From: Ranitomeya imitator
Lineage: Eukaryota
Reading direction: 5' to 3'
Assembly: GCF_032444005.1 (NCBI RefSeq)
Contig: NC_091283.1
Coordinates: 274,350,001 to 274,414,000, forward strand
DNA length: 64,000 bases
The translations under genes were made by a program, and so were the position numbers. Positions 40,923-55,871 of the stretch are shown in pieces (the stretch's first letter is position 1; every line of letters starts with the position of its first letter). The notes below the pieces were generated by a model. That model was not told the DNA's origin and made no database searches. It worked only from the letters and a program-made list of their open reading frames with translations.

Positions 40923-41511
40923 CTAGGACATCCTCTGCCTCTTCCTCAGTGTGAAGACTCTGTTGCAGTCAGATATTTTTGCTTTTTTGGCGGCAGTTTT
41001 GCCCACGTCTTTGGAGGTCCCTCTTTTTTGACCCCTAAGTTTGCCATGACTTTCTTCCTTTTGGTGACCCAGAGAGGTCACTTCTGTTTGCTCTGGTTTA
41101 TCCCCCTGCGTTTCGCAACTGTCCTCCTCCACTGCCCGAGCCGCTGGAATGGGGCTGGACGACGCCAGCTGGCAAAGGGCTACCGCCGCCGATTGCTTCT
41201 GCTCATCGCATTGGTCCATCAGCGCCTTTACATCTGCCATGTCAATGGCGTCTTGGTTTGGTGAATGCGGCCTTTGATTTGGAGACTTTTCTTCTGCATC
41301 GTCTTTCCTGCCCAAGTCTTTGACGGACAGGTTCAGTGGCATATCTTGCTCCATGAAGTCGGGGGTGGGCGGTTGTTCTGGGGCGATATCTGTATCTAAC
41401 TCTACCCTTTTACAAAGGTTAAGCGGTATGAATGCCTCGTCATCTCCGCTTGTTGATGTGTCACAGTCGGCATCAGTATCTGTGGAGGACGTGACTTCTT
41501 CATTCGCAGAG
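40923..41511 (-). CDS. ZNF750: Zinc finger protein 750, last coding exon
   Basis: Acceptor tttcag at 41512-17 (minus). Frame continues CSANEEV...PLNLCKR...MEQDMPLNLSVKD...AAVALCQLASS...FTLRKRQRMS*; PLNLS CtBP-type motif. Confidence 0.93.
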
Positions 41512-42198
41512 CTGAAATGACAAAAATTGGGAGAGGTTAAGAACCTGGTCCTCTTTAAAAGCTTCTTAACTATCTACATTGCCTTGCTCTCGAAATGGAA
41601 GACACTGTCAGGAGCCTTGGGAGAAGCAAGAAATGAATCTACGTGGGATGCCGAGGGCTAGGTGGAGGAGACCATGAAAATCGAGATCAAGTAACGTCGA
41701 AGCAAACATTTTCTCTATTATTGCCCTGACTTAACCCCAGAGATGCTTATCTACATGTACTTTGGCTTAACGGGCTCTGATTTGGAAGAGGGTGGTAAAA
41801 GCTGGTCATGACACCCAGGGAAGTAAGGAGATGGAATGATACAAATCAACATGAGACTTTGAGGGCACATTGTATGCCATCAACATCAACGGGATTGACC
41901 AATTAATTATGAAACTAACGTCATAGCCAGTTTTTAATTACTCCGACTTACATATACATTGTATCTACGGTGATTTACATAAGACGTAGAGGACAAGGTG
42001 GAAGGTCTCCACAGATATAGTCAAAATCATCAACCACCTAATTTCAAGGTTAACATGGCTACGTTTTGTTGCTCAGACTTAAAATGAGGAATCTCTTCTA
42101 CATCTACATTGATATGAAATAATGCGAGAAGTCAAGGTAGATACTGTTAAAAAAAAAAAAAAAAAATCAAGGGGGTCAACTAATTTCGAGGTGACTTA

Positions 42199-43554
<1,356 letters not shown>

Positions 43555-45476
43555 TCACCTCTTGGTTCAGAGTCGTCCGTTCTGTATCTGCAAAGTAGGA
43601 AAAGTTAAGAAATTAAGAATTTTTTTTTTCTTCCTGTATCTAGGCAAGCTTCTGTCTCCCAGTGATTTCACTATGACTCTCCTAATCCACGTACCTGACT
43701 GGGCGTCTGGGCAAACTGGCTCAGCAAGGGGGTAATACTCATATAACGAGGGTGATTGACAGCTCTGCAAGCCAAGGAGCTTTCAGGGTGGACCCGCCAT
43801 TAAGTCTGCCCTATTAATATCTTTAAGTAGGGGGCAGTATGCGGATTACACTAAAAATAACATGGTTGGGTTTTTTTTTTTCTTCTGGCATAAAATAATT
43901 TTTTTACAGCAGCGAATCTACAACTCCTAATGACTCTAAGGGTCGTACTTTTCACTCCAGAAAAATCATTCTAAGTATTTACATCGCGCTAAAACCTTAA
44001 ACTCAAAGCAATTTACAAAATCGATAACTTTTACAAAATAATTGTGCCTTTTTGCTCCTATCTTCTTGAGGAATATTTTTTTACTTTTTTTTTTTTAAAC
44101 TTTTTTTTATTATTATCTTTTATGGGGATTATTTTTTCCTTTTTAATTGTTTTTNNNNNNNNNNNNNNNNNNNNNNNNNNNNNNNNNNNNNNNNNNNNNN
44201 NNNNNNNNNNNNNNNNNNNNNNNNNNNNNNNNNNNNNNNNNNNNNNNNNNNNNNNNNNNNNNNNNNNNNNNNNNNNNNNNNNNNNNNNNNNNNNNNNNNN
44301 NNNNNNNTTGTTTTCATTCTTGGACACATTTTCACGTCTTTTTACTCTTATGTTTTCCTTTTTCGATTTATTTTTTTTTTTTATTTTACTTTTTTATATT
44401 TTTATTTTGGCCATTTTTATTTTTTTACTTTTATGTTCTAATTTTTAGATATATTTATATATTTTCTATTGTTTTTGTTTTTTTTACATTTTTATATCTT
44501 CATATTTGGGTATGTATGTGTATGTATAATCTTTTTGTATTTTCATTTTTGGACATATTTTTCATTATTTGTTTAATTATAATTGTTTTACTTTTATATT
44601 TTCATTTTTGGATATATTTTTATTGTAATTGCTTTACTTTTTATATTATCATTTGTGGAGATTTTTCTTTTTTTTTTATTACAATTGTTTTACTTTTTTT
44701 GGTCTTTTCTATTTGTTTTTCTCTCTTTTTTTTTTTTTATGCTGTCTTGGCTTTTCCAGGTAGGGAGAGCTTTTTCTGGCTCCTCAGCCTCCCCGTGCAG
44801 CGTAGATACGGCTTGTACTGGCACGTCGCTCCTTTCTACGCCTCTGATACTGAAGGCAGCGTGAGAAAGGGCTGCAGTGCCGTTCTCATGTCTGTGGACT
44901 TAAGATGTGTTACGGCATGGATTAAAAAAAAAAAAAAAAGTGATTTCACCATTTGCTCCAAGCATCATGATTTTAATGACGATTGTTACAAAACCTCTGA
45001 CAGATAACCCATGGAAACATAGAAACTAATTGCTGGCGAGCCCCGGGGCACCGATTTCTGAAGAAATGTCTTTATTCTCTACAAGTAGTTAGATCATATT
45101 AGCGCTACGTGAGGACTGATGGAAAGAAAAAACAGCTGACGGTGGGAAACCGAGGGCTGCCGAGAAAAGCCAACACTTGTTTCATGTATAAAAAAACGCG
45201 TTTCAGGTATAAAAAAAAAAAAAACAAGAGGGCATAATTTCAACCCATACGGTCCTGTTTTTGTACTCTCAGCCTTCCCAAAAAGTGCTGGATTTACTTA
45301 TATTTTATTTTCAGATTTTTTTTATTATATTATTATTATTTTTTTTTTTCTTCAACAACGTGTTTTGAATATTGGAGTATTAAATATATATGTGTATAAT
45401 ATAGGAGTGTGCATATATTAAAATAATAATGATAAAAGCTAAAGATAAAATATTAATAAGCATTATATATAGCGTA

Positions 45477-45534
<58 letters not shown>

Positions 45535-46634
45535 TAGTAATATATTTTATATATATTATAATATAGCTAATAATAAAAATTACATAATATATAATTTTTT
45601 TAATATAATTTTTNNNNNNNNNNNNNNNNNNNNNNNNNNNNNNNNNNNNNNNNNNNNNNNNNNNNNNNNNNNNNNNNNNNNNNNNNNNNNNNNNNNNNNN
45701 NNNNNNNNNNNNNNNNNNNNNNNNNNNNNNNNNNNNNNNNNNNNNATATGTTTTAACCTATTTTTGGTATTATGGCTTCTTTTATTTTAGATTTGTGATT
45801 ATTTTTTCTTTTCGGTTTAGTATTTTTGTTGTTGTTATATTATGTGTATGTACCAGCACCTTGCAGCTTGATGTCACTTGTTGGCCCCCTCGCTCCCTGG
45901 GCATGCTGGGGCTTGCAGCTCTGGGATGGGAGACCCCCTATGGGTGCCCATGACACAGGGTATAATGCCATTATGCAGAATGGGGCAGGACAGGGCTGGT
46001 ATCGGGCAGGACAGCAGGCAGCAGCCTGGACATGCCTAATTACCCCCTATGCAGACCAGCGTTGTCACAACAAACAGGAGCGCAGCCCTGTGAGTCCGGT
46101 CCTTTGCATATACATGGGTGCAGATCACAGGCTGGATTCATTTGTAATTGTGTGCCATTGTCTGTGATACAAGGGAAGTTTCTGTCTAAATCCTCCCAGT
46201 TTCTGCCATCTTCATCCCTGGGAAACTTTCTCCTTTTTTTTCCTTAGCGTCCCCCTCTTTATATCTACTCCTCTCCTTATGTACAATGCCCACTCACCAG
46301 GAATGGAGCAGAACTCGGCAGCGTGAGTGTCGCCTCTCAGGAGGTGGCGCAGGTCTGTGTGCGGGCACAGTCCTCCAGAACCTGTGATGTGGCATCGATT
46401 GCATAACTGCGAGACCGCCGCCGTCACCCGGCCCGAGAGTGTCGCAAGCCGCAGCGTCTGCGAGCCGTCCGACTAGTCCAACTGGTAGCCAGGGATTGCC
46501 AGCGTGNNNNNNNNNNNNNNNNNNNNNNNNNNNNNNNNNNNNNNNNNNNNNNNNNNNNNNNNNNNNNNNNNNNNNNNNNNNNNNNNNNNNNNNNNNNNNN
46601 NNNNNNNNNNNNNNNNNNNNNNNNNNNNNNNNNN

Positions 46635-47035
46635 TCTGTATGCAGTATATGATGTGTATATAGAGGGTGGGTGTATAGTATGTGCAGTGAATGGGCTCTG
46701 TATAGGGTGTATACAGTGTATGGGCTCTGTATAGGGTGTATACAGTGTATGGGCTCTGTATATAGGGTGTATATAGTGTATGGGCTCTGTATATAGGGTG
46801 TATATAGTGTATGGGCTCTGTATATAGGGTGTATATAGTGTATGGGCTCTGTATATAGGGTGTATATAGTGTATGGGCTCTGTATATAGGGTGTATATAG
46901 TGTATGGGCTCTGTATATAGGGTGTATATAGTGTATGGGCTCTGTATATAGGGTGTATATAGTGTATGGGCTCTGTATATAGGGTGTATATAGTGTATGG
47001 GCTCTGTATATAGGGTGTATATAAGGTGTATACAG
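46635..47035. repeat. 31-bp minisatellite (gtatgggctctgtatatagggtgtatatagt)
   Basis: Period 31 (46751 to 46782); adjoins a gap. Confidence 0.9.
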
Positions 47036-47657
47036 TAAAAAATAAAGTGTATTATTCAGTATATAGGCTCTGTATAAGACCAGTAGCGTTCCCCATATGT
47101 CCCATAGCCTCACGCGCACACACACGGTGTATCAGTACAGGTGTAATGCAATAGTGAGCACATAAATAATACCGCACACAGTGCACACACCCCCCCCGTC
47201 CTGTGCTGCGTACCCACAACCCCTGCCGTCCACCCCAAGCCCCCAGCCTGGACTCCACTGCTTAGTTCCTTTTACTTTTACTTTTACTTCTATTTCTATA
47301 AACTTCCAAAAAGTTCAGATTTTTTTTTAACAATTTTTATTTTTTCTATATTTTAGTTTGTACCATTCCTTGTTATATATAGTTTAGATTTTTTTTGCCA
47401 TTTCTTAGTTTGTTCCATCTTTAGTTATATATAGTTTAGGGGTTTTTTTGTTTTTTTTTGCTGTGTTTGGTTCCTGTATAGTTTATAGTTTAGGGAAATA
47501 AGTCCGGGCAAAGCACCTGCTGTTATTAAAAAAAAAAAAAAAAAAATCCTCCAAGAAAGTGAGAGCAGCTGCAGCTCCCAGCACAGCGAAAAGGGTCCGA
47601 GGTCCCAAATATCATCATAGTGCAATAATACAGTGTAAAGTGCGGGGTCGTCCTTAC

Positions 47658-47760
47658 CAGATGGAGCGCAGTCCTGCCTTCGGGGAGAAGTACCTGTTCT
47701 CTTTCTGCTCACAGGGAAGACTGAGAGCTGCCGTCTCGGAGGGAGGGATTTAAAGCTCAG
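47658..47760 (-). promoter_or_regulatory. Candidate ZNF750 non-coding first exon and promoter
   Basis: Minus-strand donor CTG|GTAAGG at 47658/47657 and a TATA-like TTTAAAT ~90 bp upstream (~47748-54), in unique GC-rich sequence. Inference from motifs. Confidence 0.3.
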
Positions 47761-48603
47761 GAGTTGCACCCTGAGGCGGTGGAGATGCACCTGATTCTGT
47801 TCCCAGCGCCCCGAGCTGCAGAGCGCTGTGTGCACAGCCCAGATCCCTGTACCTGCCTGCTACAACCTGGCCTTTACCTGCAGCAGACGGGGGTGAGGAT
47901 ACCATGGGTCTGGAATCACCTCCACCTGTGTGCAAGGTGCCTGCTACAACCGACGACAGCCGCGCTGTCAACAGCCGCTGTGCGACCTGTGCTCTGCTGT
48001 AGTCATCCCACATTAACCCTTTCTCACTCATTACATCATCGTGGTAGATAGTGTACATATCTATATTTTTTTACACTCTCATTTGCACGTTGCATTTTTC
48101 TATTTTTTTTTTAAGCTTTCGACAGTTTTTCAAAAACACGGTAAAATTTTCTTTTTTGCAAAAATTGTGGCAAAATAGCGCATCAGCTTTAAGTTTTTAT
48201 TTGTTGCTCACTATTATACGTAGACTGGAATAGATCTCCAGCTTGATGGGTGGAAGGTCGGGGGTTTGAATCATTTATTGAGGTTCATTTTATGTTTATG
48301 TTGTTTGTGGCTCAAACGAAAAACAATTATGTAATAGAACTGAGAAGTGACAGATCCACGGGGGCCACACCCTGAAACCACAGGGAGGAAACAACTCAGG
48401 CGTGATTGTCTGCATGTAATGAGGCCAAGACGCCCGTGGAGATGGCGAGTACGAAGTAAAGGCTTTAAGTGATCAACAAGACATGGTGATCCCAAATGTT
48501 GGCGTTCTTTACCCTCACTATCAGTTCCATCATCCTGTACGCCTATTATCTGTGCCATTATCCAAAGCATAAGCATAATCCTCCTGCCCACTGAGAGTCA
48601 TTG

Positions 48604-49650
48604 CATCGTCCTCCTGCGCCCCGAGAGTCATCGCATGGTCGTCCTGTGCCCCAAGAATCAGCACGTCATCCTCCTGCGCCCCGAGAGTCACCGTGCTGTC
48701 CTCCTGCGCCCCGAGAGTCGCCGTGGTGTCCTCCTGCGCCCCGAGAGTCGCCGTGGTGTCCTCCTGCGCCCCGAGAGTCGCCGTGGTGTCCTCCTGCGCC
48801 CCGAGAGTCGCCGTGGTGTCCTCCTGCGCCCCGAGAGTCGCCGTGGTGTCCTCCTGCGCCCCGAGAGTCGCCGTGGTGTCCTCCTGCGCCCCGAGAGTCG
48901 CCGTGGTGTCCTCCTGCGCCCCGAGAGTCGCCGTGGTGTCCTCCTGCGCCCCGAGAGTCGCCGTGGTGTCCTCCTGCGCCCCGAGAGTCGCCGTGGTGTC
49001 CTCCTGCGCCCCGAGAGTCGCCGTGGTGTCCTCCTGCGCCCCGAGAGTCGCCGTGGTGTCCTCCTGCGCCCCGAGAGTCGCCGTGGTGTCCTCCTGCGCC
49101 CCGAGAGTCGCCGTGGTGTCCTCCTGCGCCCCGAGAGTCGCCGTGCTGTCCTCCTGCGCCCCGAGAGTCGCCGTGCTGTCCTCCTGCGCCCCGAGAGTCG
49201 CCGTGCTGTCCTCCTGCGCCCCGAGAGTCGCCGTGCTGTCCTCCTGCGCCCCGAGAGTCGCCGTGCTGTCCTCCTGCGCCCCGAGAGTCGCCGTGCTGTC
49301 CTCCTGCGCCCCGAGAGTCGCCGTGCTGTCCTCCTGCGCCCCGAGAGTCGCCGTGCTGTCCTCCTGCGCCCCGAGAGTCGCCGTGCTGTCCTCCTGCGCC
49401 CCGAGAGTCGCCGTGCTGTCCTCCTGCGCCCCGAGAGTCGCCGTGCTGTCCTCCTGCGCCCCGAGAGTCGCCGTGCTGTCCTCCTGCGCCCCGAGAGTCG
49501 CCGTGCTGTCCTCCTGCGCCCCGAGAGTCGCCGTGCTGTCCTCCTGCGCCCCGAGAGTCGCCGTGCTGTCCTCCTGCGCCCCGAGAGTCGCCGTGCTGTC
49601 CTCCTGCGCCCCGAGAGTCGTTGCGTCGTCCTCCGGCACCCTGAGTGTCG
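48604..49650. repeat. Near-perfect 30-bp GC-rich minisatellite (~35 units)
   Basis: ccgtg(g/c)tgtcctcctgcgccccgagagtcg, two units per 60-nt line. Confidence 0.98.
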
Positions 49651-50611
49651 GCATCCAGGTTAATGACTCTTAAGTGCCTTAGTAGTGGGTGTCTGCTGTA
49701 GACTGTCAGGTTGAGGTTTGGCTCTTCTGTTTGTAGGGTCAGCCCTTGTTCACCTGTCACCATAGATGGTGGCTGCTGTATGTGCCCCTTTTAAGGCCTG
49801 CTGTTATCTGTAACACCTCAGAAAGCAGTGGTTGATGAGTCCCCTGTCATCCCTCCACCCAATGTTCCTGCTCCTCTGAGCCATGTGAACACACACTTAT
49901 CGCCTATTGGTGGATGTACCTCCCAACAGTGAGGGCATACCTTCCAGAACTTGTCTTACTGGCCTCTTTTTTTTTATTTTTTTTTTACTTGTGTTATATG
50001 GCTTTTTCTTTTCCATCACCTGGCAACTAAACATCTAATCACAACCATTTTCTTGGTCCTCATCACCTTGCACTCCACTGTACGTTGCCGCTTCCATTGT
50101 AGCTTCTAAATTTTGTTTGGCCACTAAATTGGTCAATCCTGCCTCAAAACCTTTCTTGGTCACCACACACTAGCTACCTTCTGTCACCAGATCCTTGGTA
50201 TTCTAGTAAAAAACAAGGTTGGCTCCTCAGATACGATATAATGGCCATGCACGTTCAACAAAAGATAGCCAAACTTATAAGATAGACGTAGATTATCCAA
50301 CCGTTGATCAAACGATTGGTGAACTATCAGACTTCAGCCTTGCACACACATCTTTGGTGGCACTGGGCGGAGGATGGCAGATCATCTTGAGAACCTTCTT
50401 TCAAGAATAGATTGGCGTAAAGGTTTTTGTGTAAAATGCCCTATACAAGTGAGTGAAGAGTTAGGCAGTCCCATTGACTAACCTTCTGAGAAGGATCAGG
50501 CATGTTGAGTTTAAAATAAGATTAAAATAGATTATAATCTATAGATAATAATTAATAGATATTAATTAATTAGATAGATTAGATAGATTAATATTAATAG
50601 ATAATAGATTA

Positions 50612-52496
50612 AAATAGATAAATCTCCGGGTCCGGATGGCATACACCCACGAGTACTAAGAGAACTAAGTAATGTAATAGATAAACCATTATTTCTTATT
50701 TTTAGGGACTCTATAGCGACAGGGTCTGTTCCGCAGGATTGGCGCATAGCAAATGTGGTGCCAATATTCAAAAAGGGCTATAAAAGTGAACCTGGAAATT
50801 ATAGGCCAGTAAGTCTAACCTCTATTGTTGGTAAAATATTTGAAGGGTTTCTGAAGGATGTTATTCTGGATTATCTCAATGAGAATAACTGTTTAACTCC
50901 ATATCAGCATGGGTTTATGAGAAATCGCTCCTGTCAAACCAATCTAATCAGTTTTTATGAAGAGGTAAGCTATAGGCTGGACCACGGTGAGTCATTGGAC
51001 GTGGTATATCTCGATTTTTCCAAAGCGTTTGATACTGAGAATGAGAATGCTTGGTCTGGGGGAAAATGTGTGTAAATGGGTTAGTAACTGGCTTAGTGAT
51101 AGAAAGCAGAGGGTGGTTATAAATGGTATAGTCTCTAACTGGGTCGCTGTGACCAGTGGGGTACCGCAGGGGTCGGTATTGGGACCTGTTCTCTTCAACA
51201 TATTCATTAATGATCTGGTAGAAGGTTTACACAGTAAAATATTGATATTTGCAGATGATACAAAACTATGTAAAGCAGTTAATACAAGAGAAGATAGTAT
51301 TCTGCTACAGATGGATCTGGATAAGTTGGAAACTTGGGCTGAAAGGTGGCAGATGAGGTTTAACAATGATAAATGTAAGGTTATACACATGGGAAGAAGG
51401 AATCAATATCACCATTACACACTGAACGGGAAACCACTGGGTAAATCTGACAGGGAGAAGGACTTGGGGATCCTAGTTAATGATAAACTTACCTGGAGCA
51501 GCCAGTGCCAGGCAGCAGCTGCCAAGGCAAACAGGATCATGGGGTGCATTAAAGGGACTCTGTCACCTGAATTTGGCGGGACTGATTTTGGGTCATATGG
51601 GCGGAGTTTTCGGGTGTTTGATTCACCCTTTCCTTACCCGCTGGCTGCATGCTGGCCGCAATATTGGACTGAAGTTCATTCTCTGTCCTCCATAGTACAT
51701 GCCTGCACAAGGCAAGATTGCTTTGCGCAGGAGTGTACTATGGAGGACAGAGAATGAACCTCAATCCAATATTGCAGCCAGCATGCAGCCAGCGGGTAAG
51801 GAAAGGGTGAATCAAACACCCGAAAACTCCGCCCATTTGACCCAAAACCAGTCCCGCCAAATTCAGGTGACAGAGTCCCTTTAAAAGAGGTCTGGATACA
51901 CATGATGAGAGCATTATACTGCCTCTGTACAAATCCCTAGTTAGACCGCACATGGAGTACTGTGTCCAGTTTTGGGCACCGGTGCTCAGGAAGGATATAA
52001 TGGAACTAGAGAGAGTACAAAGGAGGGCAACAAAATTAATAAAGGGGATGGGAGAACTACAATACCCAGATAGATTAGCGAAATTAGGATTATTTAGTCT
52101 AGAAAAAAGACGACTGAGGGGCGATCTAATAACCATGTATAAGTATATAAGGGGACAATACAAATATCTCGCTGAGGATCTGTTTATACCAAGGAAGGTG
52201 ACGGGCACAAGGGGGCATTCTTTGCGTCTGGAGGAGAGAAGGTTTTTCCACCAACATAGAAGAGGATTCTTTACTGTTAGGGCAGTGAGAATCTGGAATT
52301 GCTTGCCTGAGGAGGTGGTGATGGCGAACTCAGTCGAGGGGTTCAAGAGAGGCCTGGATGTCTTCCTGGAGCAGAACAATATTGTATCATACAATTAGGT
52401 TCTGTAGAAGGACGTAGATCTGGGGATTTATTATGATGGAATATAGGCTGAACTGGATGGACAAATGTCTTTTTTCGGCCTTACTATGTTACTATG
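50612..52496 (+). mobile_element. CR1 LINE, 5'-truncated, RT domain to 3' tail, degenerate
   Basis: KSPGPDGIHPRVLREL, DWRIANVVPIFKKG, YRPVSLTS, QHGF, YLDFSKAFD, GVPQGSVLGP, FADD, EYCVQFW, LEERRF; internal deletion near 51032; tail ttactatgttactatg. Confidence 0.93.
51553..51880. mobile_element. T2-family (Kolobok-related) palindromic MITE inserted in CR1 (328 bp)
   Basis: TTAA|AGGGACTCTGTCACC...GGTGACAGAGTCCCT|TTAA; almost the whole element is an inverted repeat; removing it restores CR1 GCIKRG. Confidence 0.9.
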
Positions 52497-54265
52497 ATCA
52501 CTCGATCAGTTGCTTCCCTCTCCTTATGGAAAACCTCCCATTTTCATCAACTTACGTCTGATATTTTTGGGCCTTATAGTGTAGATAAAATGGACGACTT
52601 TGGCCAAGATTGTTTGAAATCTAGTTTCTATCATTTCAACTAACCGATGAAAGACTGTTGTAGGAAAGATTTTTCTGAACATTTCCTGAAAGATCATTCG
52701 TCCGTACCCATATGTATGACTCGATGTGAATACTTTTCTGCCCAAGATGCTTGCAAGCTTTCAGGTCACAGTGGCTCCTTCTTGTAATCATGCCTGAAGA
52801 AGGAGCCACTGTGCTCTGAAAGCTTGCAAACATATTATTTTCTGGTTAGCCAATAAAGGTATCACTCCTAGAATACTTCTGTCATCATTGGGCAGAAAAG
52901 TATTCACATCGATTTTTCTGGCTAACATGGTACCACAATACAATTTGTTATTGTACATTATGGCAATGACTGAAATTCTAACGGTTGTGCTTACGAATTG
53001 ATCATTTGATCGAAGATTGTTCAACCATTGACCTATTTCTATCTAATTTTGCCACTAAATTGGTTACTCTTGCTTCCCAACTATTCTTTAGTTTCCACAC
53101 ACTGGCCACCTCCCATCACCAGTTCCTTGGTATCTTTTTTTAGAGAGACCAACCAATGTTCTAGCGATAATATAGCTACATTTTAGGCCACATTGACCAT
53201 CACAAACTTCCAGCTTGGCCACACAGTTTAGGCGACTCCGAGCGAAAGACAAAAGATGTTCTTGGGAACATTTTTGAAGAGTTGTTCAACAGTCATAGGA
53301 AAGATTTTAAGTCTATGAACAGTCGGAACATTCCTGGAAAGATTGCTTATCTAGCGTTTGTCCAATAATTTCAGCCAACTGATGATGCACCACTACTATC
53401 GTCTGGAAAGAAGTCAGCCATGTTTGAAACAGTCGGACTAAAGGTCTTGTACAATCTGAATACTCCCAGAAAGTTCAAACGTTGACCTACATCTGTCTAT
53501 TTGACCATTGAATTGGTCACTCTTGCCCCAAAACCTTTCTTTGGTCACCCCACACTAGCCACCTTCCATCACCAGTTCCTTGGTGTCTTGTTTTTAGAGC
53601 GATTGTTGACTCCTCGTCTTTGTACGATGGATGTACCAACAAGCCAAAAGTAAGTTGATGGTTGACCGACTTGATCGAATGATCATCTAGCCACACACAA
53701 TTTATTCCATATTTGCCTGGCCGAACATTTTAGGTGTCCCCAGGTGAATAATGGAATATCTTTTTGGGAGCATTCTTTGGGTCAAAAGATCTTTCTTAAA
53801 TGAAGAATTTGGACAATTCCATTGACCATCCTCCCAAAAGGCGTTGGGGATGTTGAGTTTCATCACTCGATCTCTAACTTCCCTCTCCCCATTTATAATC
53901 ATCTATATTTATGATGTTTGGGCTCATTTTATGGGATGAAAATGGATGATTATTATTCAAGGGTTTATGAAATCTAGTAGCAATCACATCGCAATAGTCT
54001 GGAAAGAAGTTGGCCACGCTTGAAACGTTATTCGACAGAAGAAAAAAGCTTTCACCCTTTAAAAGTCTGAATATTCCCAGAAAGATTGGTCGTCTGGAGT
54101 CCTTGAAGATGTAGGGCAACGAGTGTAATGTCCAATGTGGACTAAAATGTGTGCGAAACATTAGATCATCAGGGGATCATTCAACTATTCATTAACCATG
54201 GACCCACTTCAACCTTATGGACATAGTTACACTGGACGCCCTACATGACTCCTTGGCACCATGTA

Positions 54266-55871
54266 CAGTGGGGCAAAAAAGTATTTAGTCAGTCAGCAAT
54301 AGTGCAAGTTCCACCACTTAAAAAGATGAGAGGCGTCTGTAATTTACATCATAGGTAGACCTCAACTATGGGAGACAAACTGAGAAAAAAAAATCCAGAA
54401 AATCACATTGTCTGTTTTTTTAACATTTTATTTGCATATTATGGTGGAAAATAAGTATTTGGTCAGAAACAAAATTTCATCTCAATACTTTGTAATATAT
54501 CCTTTGTTGGCAATGACAGAGGTCAAACGTTTTCTGTAAGTCTTCACAAGGTTGCCACACACTGTTGTTGGTATGTTGGCCCATTCCACCATGCAGATCT
54601 CCTCTAGAGCAGTGATGTTTTTGGCTTTTCGCTTGGCAACACGGACTTTCAACTCCCTCCAAAGGTTTTCTATAGGGTTGAGATCTGGAGACTGGCTAGG
54701 CCACTCCAGGACCTTGAAATGCTTCTTACGAAGCCACTCCTTCGTTGCCCTGGCGGTGTGCTTTGGATCATTGTCATGTTGAAAGACCCAGCCACGTTTA
54801 ATCTTCAATGCGCTTGCTGATGGAAGGAGGTTTGCACTCAAAATCTCACGATACATGGCCCCATTCATTCTTTCATGTACCCGGATCAGTCGTCCTGGCC
54901 CCTTTGCAGAGAAACAGCCCCAAAGCATGATGTTTCCACCACCATGCTTTACAGTAGGTATGGTGTTTGATGGATGCAACTCAGTATTCTTTTTCCTCCA
55001 AACACGACAAGTTGTGTTTCTACCAAACAGTTCCAGTTTGGTTTCATCAGACCATAGGACATTCTCCCAAAACTCCTCCGGATCATCCAAATGCTCTCTA
55101 GTAAACTTCAGACGGGCCCGGACATGTACTGGCTTAAGCAGTGGGACACGTCTGGCACTGCAGGATCTGAGTCCATGGTGGCGTAGTGTGTTACTTATGG
55201 TAGGCCTTGTTACATTGGTCCCAGCTCTCTGCAGTTCATTCACTAGGTCCCCCCGCGTGGTTTTGGGATTTTTGCTCACCGTTCTTGTGATCATTCTGAC
55301 CCCACGGGGTGGGATTTTGCGTGGAGCCCCAGATCGAGGGAGATTATCAGTGGTCTTGTATGTCTTCCATTTTCTAATTATTGCTCCCACAGTTGATTTC
55401 TTCACTCCAAGCTGGTTGGCTATTGCAGATTCAGTCTTCCCAGCCTGGTGCAGGGCTATAATTTTGTTTCTGGTGTCCTTTGACAGCTCTTTGGTCTTCA
55501 CCAAAGTGGAGTTTGGAGTCAGACTGTTTGAGGGTGTGCACAGGTGTCTTTTTATACTGATAACAAGTTTAAACAGGTGCCATTACTACAGGTAATGAGT
55601 GGAGGAAAGAGGAGACTCTTAAAGAAGAAGTTACAGGTCTGTGAGAGCCAGAAATCTTGATTGTTTGTTTCTGACCAAATACTTATTTTCCACCATAAAA
55701 TGCAAAAAAAATTATAAAAAAACAGACAATGTGATTTTCTGTATTTTTTTTTCTCAGTTTGTCTCCCATAGTTGAGGTCTGCCTATGATGTAAATTACAG
55801 ACGCCTCTCATCTTTTTAAGTGGTGGAACTTGCACTATTGCTGACTGACTAAATACTTTTTTGCCCCACTG
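54266..55871 (-). mobile_element. Full-length Tc1 transposon, family A copy 2 (1606 bp)
   Basis: Same TIRs and length as 7523-9128; TA TSD at 54264-65 and 55872-73. Confidence 0.97.
54482..55504 (-). CDS. Tc1 transposase, 340 aa, DD34E
   Basis: 13 amino-acid differences from copy 1 by manual comparison; catalytic triad intact. Confidence 0.95.
   Translation of the reverse strand: MVKTKELSKDTRNKIIALHQAGKTESAIANQLGVKKSTVGAIIRKWKTYKTTDNLPRSGAPRKIPPRGVRMITRTVSKNPKTTRGDLVNELQRAGTNVTRPTISNTLRHHGLRSCSARRVPLLKPVHVRARLKFTREHLDDPEEFWENVLWSDETKLELFGRNTTCRVWRKKNTELHPSNTIPTVKHGGGNIMLWGCFSAKGPGRLIRVHERMNGAMYREILSANLLPSASALKIKRGWVFQHDNDPKHTARATKEWLRKKHFKVLEWPSQSPDLNPIENLWRELKVRVAKRKAKNITALEEICMVEWANIPTTVCGNLVKTYRKRLTSVIANKGYITKY

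Noticed and set aside
44050-44745. Phe-rich, membrane-like ORFs (also 56230-57007)
   Set aside because: T-rich low-complexity sequence, partly spanning N gaps; possibly poor consensus quality.
48530-49763. 374-aa TATLGAQEDS repeat protein and the four overlapping ORFs
   Set aside because: A stop-free 30-bp unit opens five frames at once; no splice or promoter support and no non-repeat domain.
50755-52398. Functional reverse transcriptase gene
   Set aside because: 5'-truncated CR1 with a deletion/frameshift near 51032 and a MITE insertion.
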